Origin: Flaccisagitta enflata
Lineage: Eukaryota
DNA length: 64,000 bases
Assembly: GCA_965153355.1 (NCBI GenBank)
Contig: OZ231126.1
Span: 4,650,001 to 4,714,000, forward strand
Reading direction: 5' to 3'
Part shown: positions 20,661 to 31,117 of the stretch, one piece after another
Position numbering within the stretch: position 1 is the stretch's first letter
Layout of the letters: every line of letters begins with the position of its first letter
Notes under the pieces: generated by a model
What the model saw: the letters and a program-made list of their open reading frames with translations, nothing else
The model's database searches: none
Told to the model about the DNA's origin: nothing
Translations under genes and position numbers: made by a program

Positions 20661-21511
20661 GATGTTTCACATGTCGCACACATTGGCCAACTTTGATTAG
20701 TTTTTCAGAAATGTTTTAAAAGAGGAAGCAATAGCTAACAGTAAAATAACTGTATCGTTCTTGATTATATCGCTTAAATGTTTGCTCATTAACCAGGTTC
20801 TTATGAGAAAAAAAATTGTCTGATTGTTCTCATGTTCAAATTCCCCCATTTCAAATATCTCAATTTTACAGGATACAAAATAAAAAAAGTTAATCTATTA
20901 TAAATTCTATGATAAAGATTTTAAAAAATATAGGATTAAAATATATTGATTTTGGAAAACTGGAGCTCATAGAATTTGGTAAAAAATTTCTTATTAAAAA
21001 TATTTTGTTTAAGAAATTATCAATTTATAAGTTTTGAAGAAATCATAATTTAGATTTGCTTATTCATATACTTATCTTGTTTCAAAGAACATCATTTTTT
21101 TAGCAAGCCTTTAATGTTCTCAAATTTTGGGCAGTCATCAGGTTTGAAAGTTTTAAAATAGTTGTTAATGTAAATGTGATTTTTATTCTTTATTTATAAA
21201 CATTTTTAACTGGTTTAAACAAGGTTGTCTTTTAAAAGAAAATGAAGGAAAATGTCAATGAAACTACAAAGCAGCAGGTTAAAATGTTTTTAATAAATAA
21301 AAAAAAAATAAAACTTGCTTTAAAAAAATATATATATATTTTATCTAGGATTATTGTCTTTATTGAAGAATAAACTCTAAGATTTTTAGTATATTTTTTA
21401 TTTATTTTGAATTTTAAAAAGATTTCAAGCTTGATATTTCAAAATTATTAAAAAAATAGTTTTCCAATATTTTTAGCTAATTTTAAAATTTTTGCAATTT
21501 TTAAACGTAAT

Positions 21512-22717
21512 TGTCGTGAAGCATGGTCTTGCACCAATTCTATCATTTCTTACGGATTATCTGGTTGGTATTTAGGCTTTAGATTTGGATTTATTAATTG
21601 ATATTTTTGATTATATTTAGATATTTTACTTAGATTTGACCGTTTTATTTAGATTGGTTTTTATCGTTTGCATTTATTACAGGTTTGATTTATTCTGATC
21701 GCATTTATTGACATCGTTTAGATTTATTGATTGATTTATTGACTCATTTATTCGTTTATTTCATGCATTTATTGATTTGTCCGTCTGATTTGTCCTTATT
21801 TCTGTCCAAATTGCTCATGTTTGTCCGTATGATATTTTCTTGCCTTGCATTTCGTTCCTGTTATGAATTCATTGCGCCTTTTGTCATTTGGGCTATTTTA
21901 GACCGATTTCGTAGCGCCCTCAATTGACCGATATTGGCATTTTTACTGGCTGACGCAATCGAACCTCGAAGGGAAATTGAAGATTTCCATAGAATTCTAT
22001 GATTTTCTAGAACCTTTCGTTGCTTAGTTACCGCCATTTTGCCGACGATATTTCCTTACAGAATCTAGAAAAGACGCTCATATTGCCAAAAACTACTCTT
22101 TCGCCTATTAAATAGACGCTTTTCACCATATTTTGCACTGATACGAGCCTTATTAGGACGCCTATTTGACTTCCCTGAGCGCCAAACAAAGGTGAGAGCT
22201 TGATTTGGGTTCATATTTCGTATTATTTTTCCCGTACTTAGCCATATTTTTCCCGTTTACGGCTTATTTTTCCCGTATTTTTGTCATTATTCCGTCATTA
22301 TTCCGTCATTATTCCGTCATTATTCGTTCAGTATTTGGTCACTTTCAGTATTATTGAGTATTTCTGGCTAGATATCTGTATATTCAGCTGCATTTTCATT
22401 AGCTCCTTTCATTTTTCACTGTCTTGCAGCTTTAACTGCTTCGCCTACGTTCAAATAAAAGAAGATCGCATTGAGATCGCTCTGTATTATTCGTGGGATT
22501 GAGGTTCAGTCACGAGCGGCGCAGCCGCATACAGGAGAGCTAGAGGCATTGGGCATTAGTTTAGTACACGACAATACAGTTAAAGCTTTTGTATCGCGTA
22601 TGCCCTGGCTCTTTTGTGTGTGTCTATTGTCGATCAGAACCGAGAAGACAAAGAACCGTTCCTAATCTTCGCTCGATTGGTGAGTATTCGACGAGAAAAG
22701 AATCAATTTGACCGACA
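21512..22717 (+). repeat. Putative 5' LTR (~1.2 kb)
   Basis: Starts TGTCG at a composition shift and ends CGACA (inverted termini). TATA-like TATTAAATAG at 22106-22115. Boundaries are unverified because there is no 3' LTR and no canonical TGG PBS. Confidence 0.55.
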
Positions 22718-22829
22718 GTCCCCCGTAAAACGGTGACCCTCGGAAGCACCCGCATTCGCACCCGTTATAATTGCACCATTTAGAAAGCTAGAAATACCAT
22801 TTCAAGGGTCTTCGTTCGCGAAGAAACTT

Positions 22830-23052
22830 GACTATTAGTCAGCCAGTCCAACTAGAATCTAGAAACTCGAAGAACCCTTCACCGGGTAATTCGGTCGCCT
22901 GTTAGTCAGTCAGCCCAACTAGAATCTAGAAACTCGAAGAACCCCTCACCGGGTAATTCGTCCCTCTGTTAGTCAGTCAGTTCACCTAGAATCTAGAAAC
23001 GACTATTTTCATCGAAGAACCCTTCACCGGGTAATTCGGGTCAGTCAGTCAG
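22830..23052 (+). repeat. Three ~67-bp tandem repeats in the retrotransposon 5' UTR
   Basis: TTAGTCAGTCAG..CTAGAATCTAGAAAC..TCGAAGAACCCTTCACCGGGTAATTCG occurs three times. Confidence 0.85.
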
Positions 23053-23242
23053 TATATCAGGTCAAGGGTATCAGCTGATTATACCTCGGTTACCGAGGGC
23101 TATCAAGCTGAGATCTTATTTGTCAAGGCAATTTTTAAAGCTCGTTTGTAGCTTTAATCTCAAAACGAATCTCGAGAGTTGGGCCTATTTTGGCACCTAA
23201 GTTCGAGTCTTTCTGCTCACCACAGAAAGCAAAACCGTCAGT

Positions 23243-26200
23243 ATGTCCGGTCTGCCGCCAGGCGCCGCGATGTACTATGACGTGCCTCCTCAGTATGACA
23301 GCCGTCATGCGAGGACGCTCGTCAAAGAGACGGCTAAGATTATTCAAGAATTTGTTCAAGCCCATGGAATGGGCCGGGATCATCCCGACGTAGAATTTAA
23401 GAAAACTGCAAATGAAGCAAGATCTCAGCTTGAAGCCAAACGCTTGGAAATGTCAGACATTTGCAATAAATTCGATAAGAAAGAAAATCAGGAAAAGATA
23501 GCTGCACAGATAGGGAAGCTTCAGATGACACTGGACGGACATCCGCCTTTCGACATACCATCACCGGTTGCTCTTGATCCCGATCTTGCACACCGTTTTC
23601 TCAACAGGATTGGTCAGCCCGTTCCGATCGATCCTCGTCCGACGTTTCCCATCGTCGTCGGACCTCCGCCGCTGCAACGTATGGCGCTGCCAATTCTTCC
23701 CGCGCTTCCGCCGCCACCGCCTCCCTCATCAGCGGTGGTGCCCGTCGCGCCTCAACAGCTCATCGCATTCAGCGACGCGTCGCGGACATCCGGTCGGTCC
23801 CGTCAAAGTGACGCCGGAAAGGAAAACGCCGGCGCTCTCGTTCCATCGAATACGGCGCCGCGACGTCTCGATTCTCTCGATCCATTACGTACCGAGTCTT
23901 CCGTCTCCAACGCTGCCGACGACGAATCTTCAGTCGCATCATCGCGCAGATCGAACAAGACTTCACATTCGGTCAAGCCCATCGACGAAGAGCCACCGGC
24001 GTCATCAGTGGCGGAAGGCGACCGAACACGGCTCAGAATTAGGTTAGAGGAATTAATGAGGAAAAAACAACAATGTGCTGAGAGGTCAAAACAGAAAGAA
24101 CAAAGATATGAACAAGAGGCCCGTCTATTGGCCCAGAGAATTCAAGCGACTTCGTTGAATACCATCGCGGGTCATGTCAATGCCGCGGTGCAAGAAGTCG
24201 AAGATCTTGTCTCAAACAATAAAACTATGGGGGCGGGTTTGAATCGTACTGAAAATTGGGTGGATAAATCATCGGCGCAGTCACTGGTCAAGTCCTCAGA
24301 TTCCATTTCAGTCGTTTCATCCAACCATTCAGACCTCAACCCTCGATCCACATCGAAAAAATCTCATTCACAGAAAGGAAAATCATCTGACCATTCCAGG
24401 GCTCGATCGCGCACCCAACAGACTCAGACCGATCGATCCGAGTTTCAGTCAATCCCTCAGCAGACTCAGACCGATCAAACCGAGTTTCAGTCAATTCCTC
24501 AACAGACTCAGACAGAGCCAATTCCTACTCGAGTCACTCAAAATAAGATTCCCCAAAGTCATTTTGCTCACGATCCCGATCAGACTTACCCTGGCCCACC
24601 TGGTCAGACCCAATTGCCCGCTCAGATCGCTCAAAATTTGACTCGATCCGGTCAACCAGATCACCCCTCCTCTTCAGACTCTGGCAGTTCAACCCTCACC
24701 GAAAGTACAATCAGACGAAGACCAAATTCACTCACTCATAGAAACGGTTCTCAGTCAAACCACGGCAGTCATGACAACCAACAATCATCCCATCAGACAC
24801 AACAATCAAACCAACATCAGACACCACCACAGGGAAGGGGAGCGGAAAAACCTGTAGGGCTCGCATGTAGCCACTCAGTAAATCGCGACCCTACCCCTGC
24901 TCAAACCCCAGCTCAATCAGATGCAGTCAGACCAAAAACTCATGTCTCCAGACCCCAACCGCCTACTTACCATGACCCAAAATTTCAGCTTCCTCCTCCA
25001 AAGCCTAGGTCACCACCCCGTCAGAATGTCAGTACATCCAGGGACCAAATTAATGTCGATTCATCTCAAACCTCACAGGCTGTTGGAGCGGGCGCTGCAT
25101 CTTACGCTCACACGGCTACGAGAAATTCAAATTCGCAATTGGCGGGTTCGTCGGTGCAAGAGGAAAGGATCGAATCCAATGGAGAAGATCTGCTCGACGA
25201 ATTCCCCATCGTAGTCGGCCTCAGCAATGGAAATACCATCACTCCAGCTGTAGGTAAGACCTCAGAGACTAGCGCCTTTGGGCGTACTATGATGACATTA
25301 TGCGCAGCAACCAATTCAAGAGAGTTTCTTAAAAACAATCGTTTGCCAGAGGACCAACGTTTCAACGGACAGCACAACGTTGACTTTGAATCAGTATTGC
25401 GCAGATTTGGCAGGGTCACAGTTCAGTCAGGGGTAGATAAGCATGAGGCTGTCTATGAACTTAAGCATTATTTTAGCGGCGACGCCGCTAAAATATGCGA
25501 GTTATATGAGAGAGATGGAGATCCAGAAACTAATCTCAAGCTAGCTATTGAGCATTTGAAACGCGAATATGGTTATCAGGCCAGATCAGCTCAGTCAATC
25601 ATAGACAGATTGTTACAGGGAGGAGCAATTCACAAAGATGATTCAGTCGAGTTTAAAAAATTCAGGATCAATCTTGAGGGAGAAGTGACCAAAGCACAAA
25701 CTTCAGGCCGAGCTAGTTCTTTCAATAACTCAGACACCATCAATAAAATAATTCGCAAAAAAGTACCCTTTGTACAACAAAGATGGGCAGTTGAGAGAAC
25801 TAAAAAGATGATGGCCATGAATCCCGATAATTTTGAACCCGAACCTCAATTTTCCGAATTTCTTACCTTTCTCCGTTCCCAGAATTTAATACGGGACGAA
25901 AATTCCTTGATCAGCGGAGAAAAGGATTCGGAGAATAAGAAAACAAAGACCAATCCTCGCGTCATGAAGATCGACACCGTCTCTTCCTCGAAAGCCGCCG
26001 ACGCCGGCGGCGCCAAAGGAGGAGGAGGAGGAGGAGGAGGAGGGAAGCGAAGAGGGAAGGGAGGAGCGAAGGCGAATAACACCACCGAGTCAGCCAACAC
26101 GCCCTCACCTCAAAACAACACCTCGTCTCCTCCAACCAACACCAACAATGAGGCAGCGATCGCCGTTAACCAAAGCCACCCGGACAATTGGCGCAATTAT

Positions 26201-26659
26201 TATCAAGGCAATAAAGGGGGAGGAATGAACAACTCCAACAACCCTACACAAACTTTCGGCTTCTCGAACCGACAAAACAACAACGCCAGTCCTCAGAACA
26301 ACAATCAGGGACGCAACAACAACAACACCAACGCAGCTACTGCCAACAACGCTGCAGGTAATTGGTCATGCCCGTGTTGTATGAAGTCCAAATACCATGT
26401 GCTTAAGGATTGTAAAAAGTTTGTTGCTTTGACTCAACCGGAACGATTCTCTGTTTTGAAAGCGAATGGAATGTGTAACAAATGCCTTGAACGCGGCCAC
26501 ATGGCCCGGGACTGTGCCACGGTAGTCGGCTGTGATCTCTGCCCGGGTAAATTTCATCATACCCTTATGCATAGAGAATTCAATAATCAGAAAAAGGGCG
26601 ACAATCAGAAAGGGGACGAATCTGATGATTCGGCAGACGAAAGCGAGAGTAACGATTGA
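23243..26659 (+). CDS. gag: BEL/Pao Gag (1138 aa)
   Basis: Long disordered N-terminus, then a capsid-like region (RFNGQHNVDF...LKHYFSGDAAK...LKREYG). Triple Cys/His boxes CPCC..H....C, CNKCLERGHMARDC and CDLC....HHTLMH. Confidence 0.92.
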   Translation: MSGLPPGAAMYYDVPPQYDSRHARTLVKETAKIIQEFVQAHGMGRDHPDVEFKKTANEARSQLEAKRLEMSDICNKFDKKENQEKIAAQIGKLQMTLDGHPPFDIPSPVALDPDLAHRFLNRIGQPVPIDPRPTFPIVVGPPPLQRMALPILPALPPPPPPSSAVVPVAPQQLIAFSDASRTSGRSRQSDAGKENAGALVPSNTAPRRLDSLDPLRTESSVSNAADDESSVASSRRSNKTSHSVKPIDEEPPASSVAEGDRTRLRIRLEELMRKKQQCAERSKQKEQRYEQEARLLAQRIQATSLNTIAGHVNAAVQEVEDLVSNNKTMGAGLNRTENWVDKSSAQSLVKSSDSISVVSSNHSDLNPRSTSKKSHSQKGKSSDHSRARSRTQQTQTDRSEFQSIPQQTQTDQTEFQSIPQQTQTEPIPTRVTQNKIPQSHFAHDPDQTYPGPPGQTQLPAQIAQNLTRSGQPDHPSSSDSGSSTLTESTIRRRPNSLTHRNGSQSNHGSHDNQQSSHQTQQSNQHQTPPQGRGAEKPVGLACSHSVNRDPTPAQTPAQSDAVRPKTHVSRPQPPTYHDPKFQLPPPKPRSPPRQNVSTSRDQINVDSSQTSQAVGAGAASYAHTATRNSNSQLAGSSVQEERIESNGEDLLDEFPIVVGLSNGNTITPAVGKTSETSAFGRTMMTLCAATNSREFLKNNRLPEDQRFNGQHNVDFESVLRRFGRVTVQSGVDKHEAVYELKHYFSGDAAKICELYERDGDPETNLKLAIEHLKREYGYQARSAQSIIDRLLQGGAIHKDDSVEFKKFRINLEGEVTKAQTSGRASSFNNSDTINKIIRKKVPFVQQRWAVERTKKMMAMNPDNFEPEPQFSEFLTFLRSQNLIRDENSLISGEKDSENKKTKTNPRVMKIDTVSSSKAADAGGAKGGGGGGGGGKRRGKGGAKANNTTESANTPSPQNNTSSPPTNTNNEAAIAVNQSHPDNWRNYYQGNKGGGMNNSNNPTQTFGFSNRQNNNASPQNNNQGRNNNNTNAATANNAAGNWSCPCCMKSKYHVLKDCKKFVALTQPERFSVLKANGMCNKCLERGHMARDCATVVGCDLCPGKFHHTLMHREFNNQKKGDNQKGDESDDSADESESND

Positions 26660-26752
26660 CTTCTTGCCGCATATGTAACCCGTCGAGGAGCAACTAGGCC
26701 TATTGTACCTGTTGTAGCTTATGTTAGTGGTAAGCGACGGGTTACATATGCG
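26657..26752 (+). promoter_or_regulatory. Stop-codon readthrough signal: UGA-C, 8-nt spacer, 18-bp stem-loop
   Basis: TGA at 26657-26659, then spacer CTTCTTGC. CGCATATGTAACCCGTCG (26668-26685) is the exact reverse complement of CGACGGGTTACATATGCG (26735-26752). Confidence 0.85.
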
Positions 26753-29700
26753 CTTCTCGATACAGGGGCGAATACCTCTGCTATCACAGAATCCCTTTGT
26801 TCAGAATTAAATGCCCCCAGAAAATTGATAAATGTTAAATTGAACACTTTTGACAATTCCTCAAATTCTAAAAGATACATAACCGATTTTAAAGTTACAA
26901 ACCTTCAAAATACCCTTGAACTGTCAGTAGAAAATGCCCTCATAGGCAGATTCTTAAGCACTGAAGGGGAGAAACCACCCTCACAGGAAGACTTAGAGCC
27001 ATTTGAACATTTGAAGGATTTGAGGATTTGTGAGCTAGAAGACAAAAGTATCAATATTTTATTAGACGCAAAATTCGCCTACTACTTTTGTACAGGTGAT
27101 AACCGCATAGGAAATTCAGATCAGCCTTTAGCCCTAGGGACCCAATTTGGCCATGCAATAATAGGACCAAAAATTACAGATGACCCCAATGAAGACGATG
27201 AAAATGACATTCAGGTTAATGATATGTTAGATATTAATGCTGAAACCATTTCCATCTCAAAATTAATAAATAGGGCCTTTAGGCAAGATTTCATCTGTAG
27301 AGATTTTGAGTTGTTTCCTCAAGAAATGACTCACAAGTCAGCAGAAGATGAAGAAAGTTTAGCTCAGATGCAGAAAACAGCCAGATTCATAGAAGAAGAA
27401 GGTAGATGGGAAATTACCATGCCCTGGCGTTTAGGCCGTCAGCCCACTGCAGATCTTTTTAGAACGATAGATTTTCTTTCCATGACAATGAACAGACATA
27501 GTAAGTTAAAAAGAAAATTTGAGCTAAACCCAACATTAAGAGAGGGCTCTTTCATTCAAATGCAAATGACATTGGACGAGGGGCATGCACGTATTATTGA
27601 TACTTTAGAAGCACCCAACGACCATGTCATTTGCTACCTCCCTAATCATGTCGTGGTTAAGCCTGACAAACCCGGAAAATTCCGGATTTGTCAGGACGCG
27701 GCAGCCAGGGTAGGTCCACATTTTTTGAACAAATATCTCTTCAACGGTCCAGATTTGTTAAATAGATTGATCAAAGTGATCCTCAGATTCCGCAGAAAAA
27801 GATACACCATTTCAGCGGATATCAAGAATTTTTTCTATCAAATTCTGTTAGACCCTAGAGATAGATCGTCCCTTAGATATCCATGGTGGAGTGATCAAAC
27901 CATGTCACGTGTAATTATGATAGAAAGTTTGCGTCACATGTTTGGAGTGACTAGCTCGCCAAATGTATCTAACTTTATCTTGAAATTACACGCAGAAAGG
28001 AACAAAGACAAAATCAGTCAGGAAGCTTATCTCGCTTTACTTGAGGCTATGTATGTTGATGATTTATTGGAGTCAATCGACGATAAAGACACAGCCCGTA
28101 GAATTAAGGCAGAGATCACAGACGTGCTTAAGAGTGGTGGGTTCGAAATCTGTAAATGGAAAGCAAACTTTCCTGATCTCGATCTTCCCTCTCTTTCTTC
28201 CCCAACTTCTCAGAATGAAACGCGCAGAGCTTCGGAACTTGCAACCCCGACATTCCATGAGACTTTGGAGGAAAATCGTCTTCAGAACACGCCAGAAAAG
28301 AACCCATCAGAAAGGAACCCATCAGAAAAGACCCCGCCAGACGAGAACCGGCAGGAGAGCGGCTGGGCCCGGCCACATTGCGCCGTCGGTGCGTCTCGCG
28401 ATCCTCGCCCTTCGCCAAACGCAGAGTACGACGAAGAGGATGAGGAAGAAGAGGGCGACGATGAATCAGAATCTCAACTCACGCCAAGCGAATTGGTGAG
28501 TTTGATGAATGACAATTATGATGAATCGTGCGCCAAACAATTCTTGAATGAATCAGACCTTGAGGATAAGGTTTTGGGCATGGGGTATAGCTTTGAGGAA
28601 GATATTATAAATGTCCGGGTTGGAAATAAAGCAGAGAGAGAAATCAAAACGAAGAAGGATCTCTTATCTTTTGTGGCTTCAGTTTATGACCCGTTGGGTC
28701 TTGTTGCGCCATGGCTTTTACCCGGCAAATTGTCTTTCCAAAAAATTAGTTCCCCTAGCATTCCCTGGAAACAAACCTTATCTAAAGAAATAAAAAGTGA
28801 GGTTGACAAATGGAAACAGACTATAGTTCACCTTAAGAAAATAAGAATATCACGCTGGACTAATCCTCTGGGTATGGAACATAGTATAACCCAATTGATT
28901 ATTTTCTGCGATGCGAGTAGATCGGGTTATGGTATGTGTTCATACTTAAGACGTCATCAAAGAGGAGCAGAGGATAAAGTCAGCGTGGTATTTCTCGTAG
29001 GAAAAGCGCATGTTGTCCCAGCCAATATGATGTTAGATCCAACTGAGGGAGCAATACCCCATAATGATTCTATACCCCGCCTTGAGTTATGCGCCGCAAA
29101 GATTGCGGCGCAATGGAGGGATACTTTGTATAGAGACTTAGGGGAAGTTTTAGATGCTGTCTTTTTGTTCTCGGACTCACTGACAGTACTCAACTGGCTC
29201 ACTAACTTTATAAAGCGCTTCAAAACTTACGAAAATTTTAGAATTAAGGGTATTAGAGCCTTGACCCCCCTTTCCGAATGGCGCCATGTGCCCAGTAAGG
29301 ACAACCCCGCCGATATATGTTCTAAAGGCCTTGGCGCAACAGACACTAAAAGGTGGTTCATATACCATAACGGTCCATCTTTTTTGTCTTTACCCATTTC
29401 CAGTTGGCCTCCCATCCGACCGAACGATCCTAACTCCAACGTGGATACTCTGGTCGCAGACGTGGGTGCCCTATCAATTCTTGCGCTGAACGGATCCACT
29501 GAAGAGCCCGAGATAATCGCCGAAAAGCATTCGTCCTCTCCTTGGCCTTTGGCCGCCACCGGTAAGATAGCCGAGTGGAGGTGGAAAGTGAGACGCATTG
29601 CTATCATTAGGCGAGTCTTATTAAAATTGAGAGAAGTGGTTAAGAATAAGAAAGAAAACCTGGTGAGTTCCAGATTGCGATCAGGAAATAATAAATCCAA

Positions 29701-31117
29701 AGAAAAATTGCGCATTCACCTAAGTGAGGAAGAAAAGGAGGCTGCTGAGTATCTTTTGATCAGATCAATCCAAAGTGAGGAATTTGAGAAAGAAACCACC
29801 AAATTAATCAAATTAGGCATTTTCTCACCTAACACTATCCACGATATGAATATCAAAGATACCAAATTAGCAAAATTATGCCCCTTCTTAGACTCACATA
29901 ATGTCATGCGAGCAGGTGGTAGAATAGCCAAAGCCGAGTATCTGCCATACAACCACAGATACCCCATCATACTTCCAAACAGCACTTCAGAACCCATTAG
30001 AGCACTTATAAGGCACTATCACCAGGCCCATTACAAAAGATTCCACTGCACCGTGCAACAAACTTACTACCTTCTGAGAACCAAATACTTCATACTTGGT
30101 GGCAAAAATTCAGTCAGAAGTGTTTTGAGTAAATGCATAGTCTGTCAGAAACTGTCAAAACGCAAGGCAGCACAAAAGGAAGGTGATCTACCACTCGAAA
30201 GGATGGCAATGGTACCCCCATTTTACCATTGTGGTTTAGATTGCCTAGGACCCTTCCATTTGAGACATACAGGCAGAAACACCCGCAAACAATTCGTGCT
30301 CATTGCATGCTGCATGTCCACTCGTGCCATTACTTTAGTGCCACTTCGCGATATGACCACCTCTAGCATCATCAATTCACTGATCAAAATCCACTCACAG
30401 TTTCCCGCCCTTAAAAATTTGTACTCTGACAATGGGTCAAATTTTAAGGGCGCAGACAGAGAAATTAGGGAAGCAGTGGCAGCTTGGAAAAAAGAGGATT
30501 TAGATGAGAGGTTAAGCGATCTGGAACTCACTTGGACCTTTGGGCCGGCCTATTGTGGTAGCGCCGGCGGTAGTTGGGAGCGTTTAATAGGATTGTCAAA
30601 GAAACTATTAAGAAGTGTAATTGGTGACAAAAACATAGATATTGAGGATTTTGAAACTTTGTTGGCAGGAGCCAGTTCTATCATGAATCGTCGTCCACTG
30701 ATGCCGGCATCGGCAGATGTAGACGACGATCAGATTTTAACTCCAAGTCATTTCCTCTATCCTTACCTATTCACTTCTGACGCTACTCATATTCTCCCTC
30801 CTCAGGCCGAACACAATCACGTCCTGAAACACGGGTGGAAGTGCTCCCAATTTCTCCTCGATCAATTTTGGCGAAGGTTCAGCACGGAATACATTCAAGA
30901 ACTGATAAAAAGAAACAAACAAAACACGACGCCTGTCAAAATAAACACGCTGGTCCTCATCGAAGACGTGGAAGCTTCGAGAGAATCATGGAAAGTCGGT
31001 CGAATAGTAGACATTCTCAACGGTGACAAAACCCACGGAAGAAGGTTTAAAATCCGATTAGCCTCTGGGAAAACTATCGATCGTCATATATCATCGTGTG
31101 TAATTCTTGAGACCTAA
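26660..31117 (+). CDS. pol: BEL/Pao Pol (aspartic protease, RT, RNase H, integrase), in frame with gag after the UGA
   Basis: The frame is open from 26660, upstream of the TTG used by the ORF track. Protease YALLDTGA (D at 26759-26761). RT YLPNHVVVKPDKPGKFRICQDAA, ADIKNFFYQI, YVDD (28052-28063). RNase H FCDAS, SIPRLEL, SDS, HVPSKDNPAD. Integrase HHCC, DCLGP, SDNGSNF, GGSWERL. C-terminal FWRRFSTEY. Confidence 0.95.
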   Translation, partial: LLAAYVTRRGATRPIVPVVAYVSGKRRVTYALLDTGANTSAITESLCSELNAPRKLINVKLNTFDNSSNSKRYITDFKVTNLQNTLELSVENALIGRFLSTEGEKPPSQEDLEPFEHLKDLRICELEDKSINILLDAKFAYYFCTGDNRIGNSDQPLALGTQFGHAIIGPKITDDPNEDDENDIQVNDMLDINAETISISKLINRAFRQDFICRDFELFPQEMTHKSAEDEESLAQMQKTARFIEEEGRWEITMPWRLGRQPTADLFRTIDFLSMTMNRHSKLKRKFELNPTLREGSFIQMQMTLDEGHARIIDTLEAPNDHVICYLPNHVVVKPDKPGKFRICQDAAARVGPHFLNKYLFNGPDLLNRLIKVILRFRRKRYTISADIKNFFYQILLDPRDRSSLRYPWWSDQTMSRVIMIESLRHMFGVTSSPNVSNFILKLHAERNKDKISQEAYLALLEAMYVDDLLESIDDKDTARRIKAEITDVLKSGGFEICKWKANFPDLDLPSLSSPTSQNETRRASELATPTFHETLEENRLQNTPEKNPSERNPSEKTPPDENRQESGWARPHCAVGASRDPRPSPNAEYDEEDEEEEGDDESESQLTPSELVSLMNDNYDESCAKQFLNESDLEDKVLGMGYSFEEDIINVRVGNKAEREIKTKKDLLSFVASVYDPLGLVAPWLLPGKLSFQKISSPSIPWKQTLSKEIKSEVDKWKQTIVHLKKIRISRWTNPLGMEHSITQLIIFCDASRSGYGMCSYLRRHQRGAEDKVSVVFLVGKAHVVPANMMLDPTEGAIPHNDSIPRLELCAAKIAAQWRDTLYRDLGEVLDAVFLFSDSLTVLNWLTNFIKRFKTYENFRIKGIRALTPLSEWRHVPSKDNPADICSKGLGATDTKRWFIYHNGPSFLSLPISSWPPIRPNDPNSNVDTLVADVGALSILALNGSTEEPEIIAEKHSSSPWPLAATGKIAEWRWKVRRIAIIRRVLLKLREVVKNKKENLVSSRLRSGNNKSKEKLRIHLSEEEKEAAEYLLIRSIQSEEFEKETTKLIKLGIFSPNTIHDMNIKDTKLAKLCPFLDSHNVMRAGGRIAKAEYLPYNHRYPIILPNSTSEPIRALIRHYHQAHYKRFHCTVQQTYYLLRTKYFILGGKNSVRSVLSKCIVCQKLSKRKAAQKEGDLPLERMAMVPPFYHCGLDCLGPFHLRHTGRNTRKQFVLIACCMSTRAITLVPLRDMTTSSIINSLIKIHSQFPALKNLYSDNGSNFKGADREIREAVAAWKKEDLDERLSDLELTWTFGPAYCGSAGGSWERLIGLSKKLLRSVIGDKNIDIEDFETLLAGASSIMNRRPLMPASADVDDDQILTPSHFLYPYLFTSDATHILPPQAEHNHVLKHGWKCSQFLLDQFWRRFSTEYIQELIKRNKQNTTPVKINTLVLIEDVEASRESWKVGRIVDILNGDKTHGRRFKIRLASGKTIDRHISSCVILET

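Noticed and set aside
26657-26659. UGA as a simple inactivating mutation or a selenocysteine codon
   Set aside because: Its position at the gag/protease boundary plus the adjacent perfect stem favours readthrough. There is no selenoprotein context and no SECIS was recognised.
26825-31117. ORF-track start of pol at TTG 26825
   Set aside because: It omits the protease active site. The frame is open from 26660, directly after the gag UGA.
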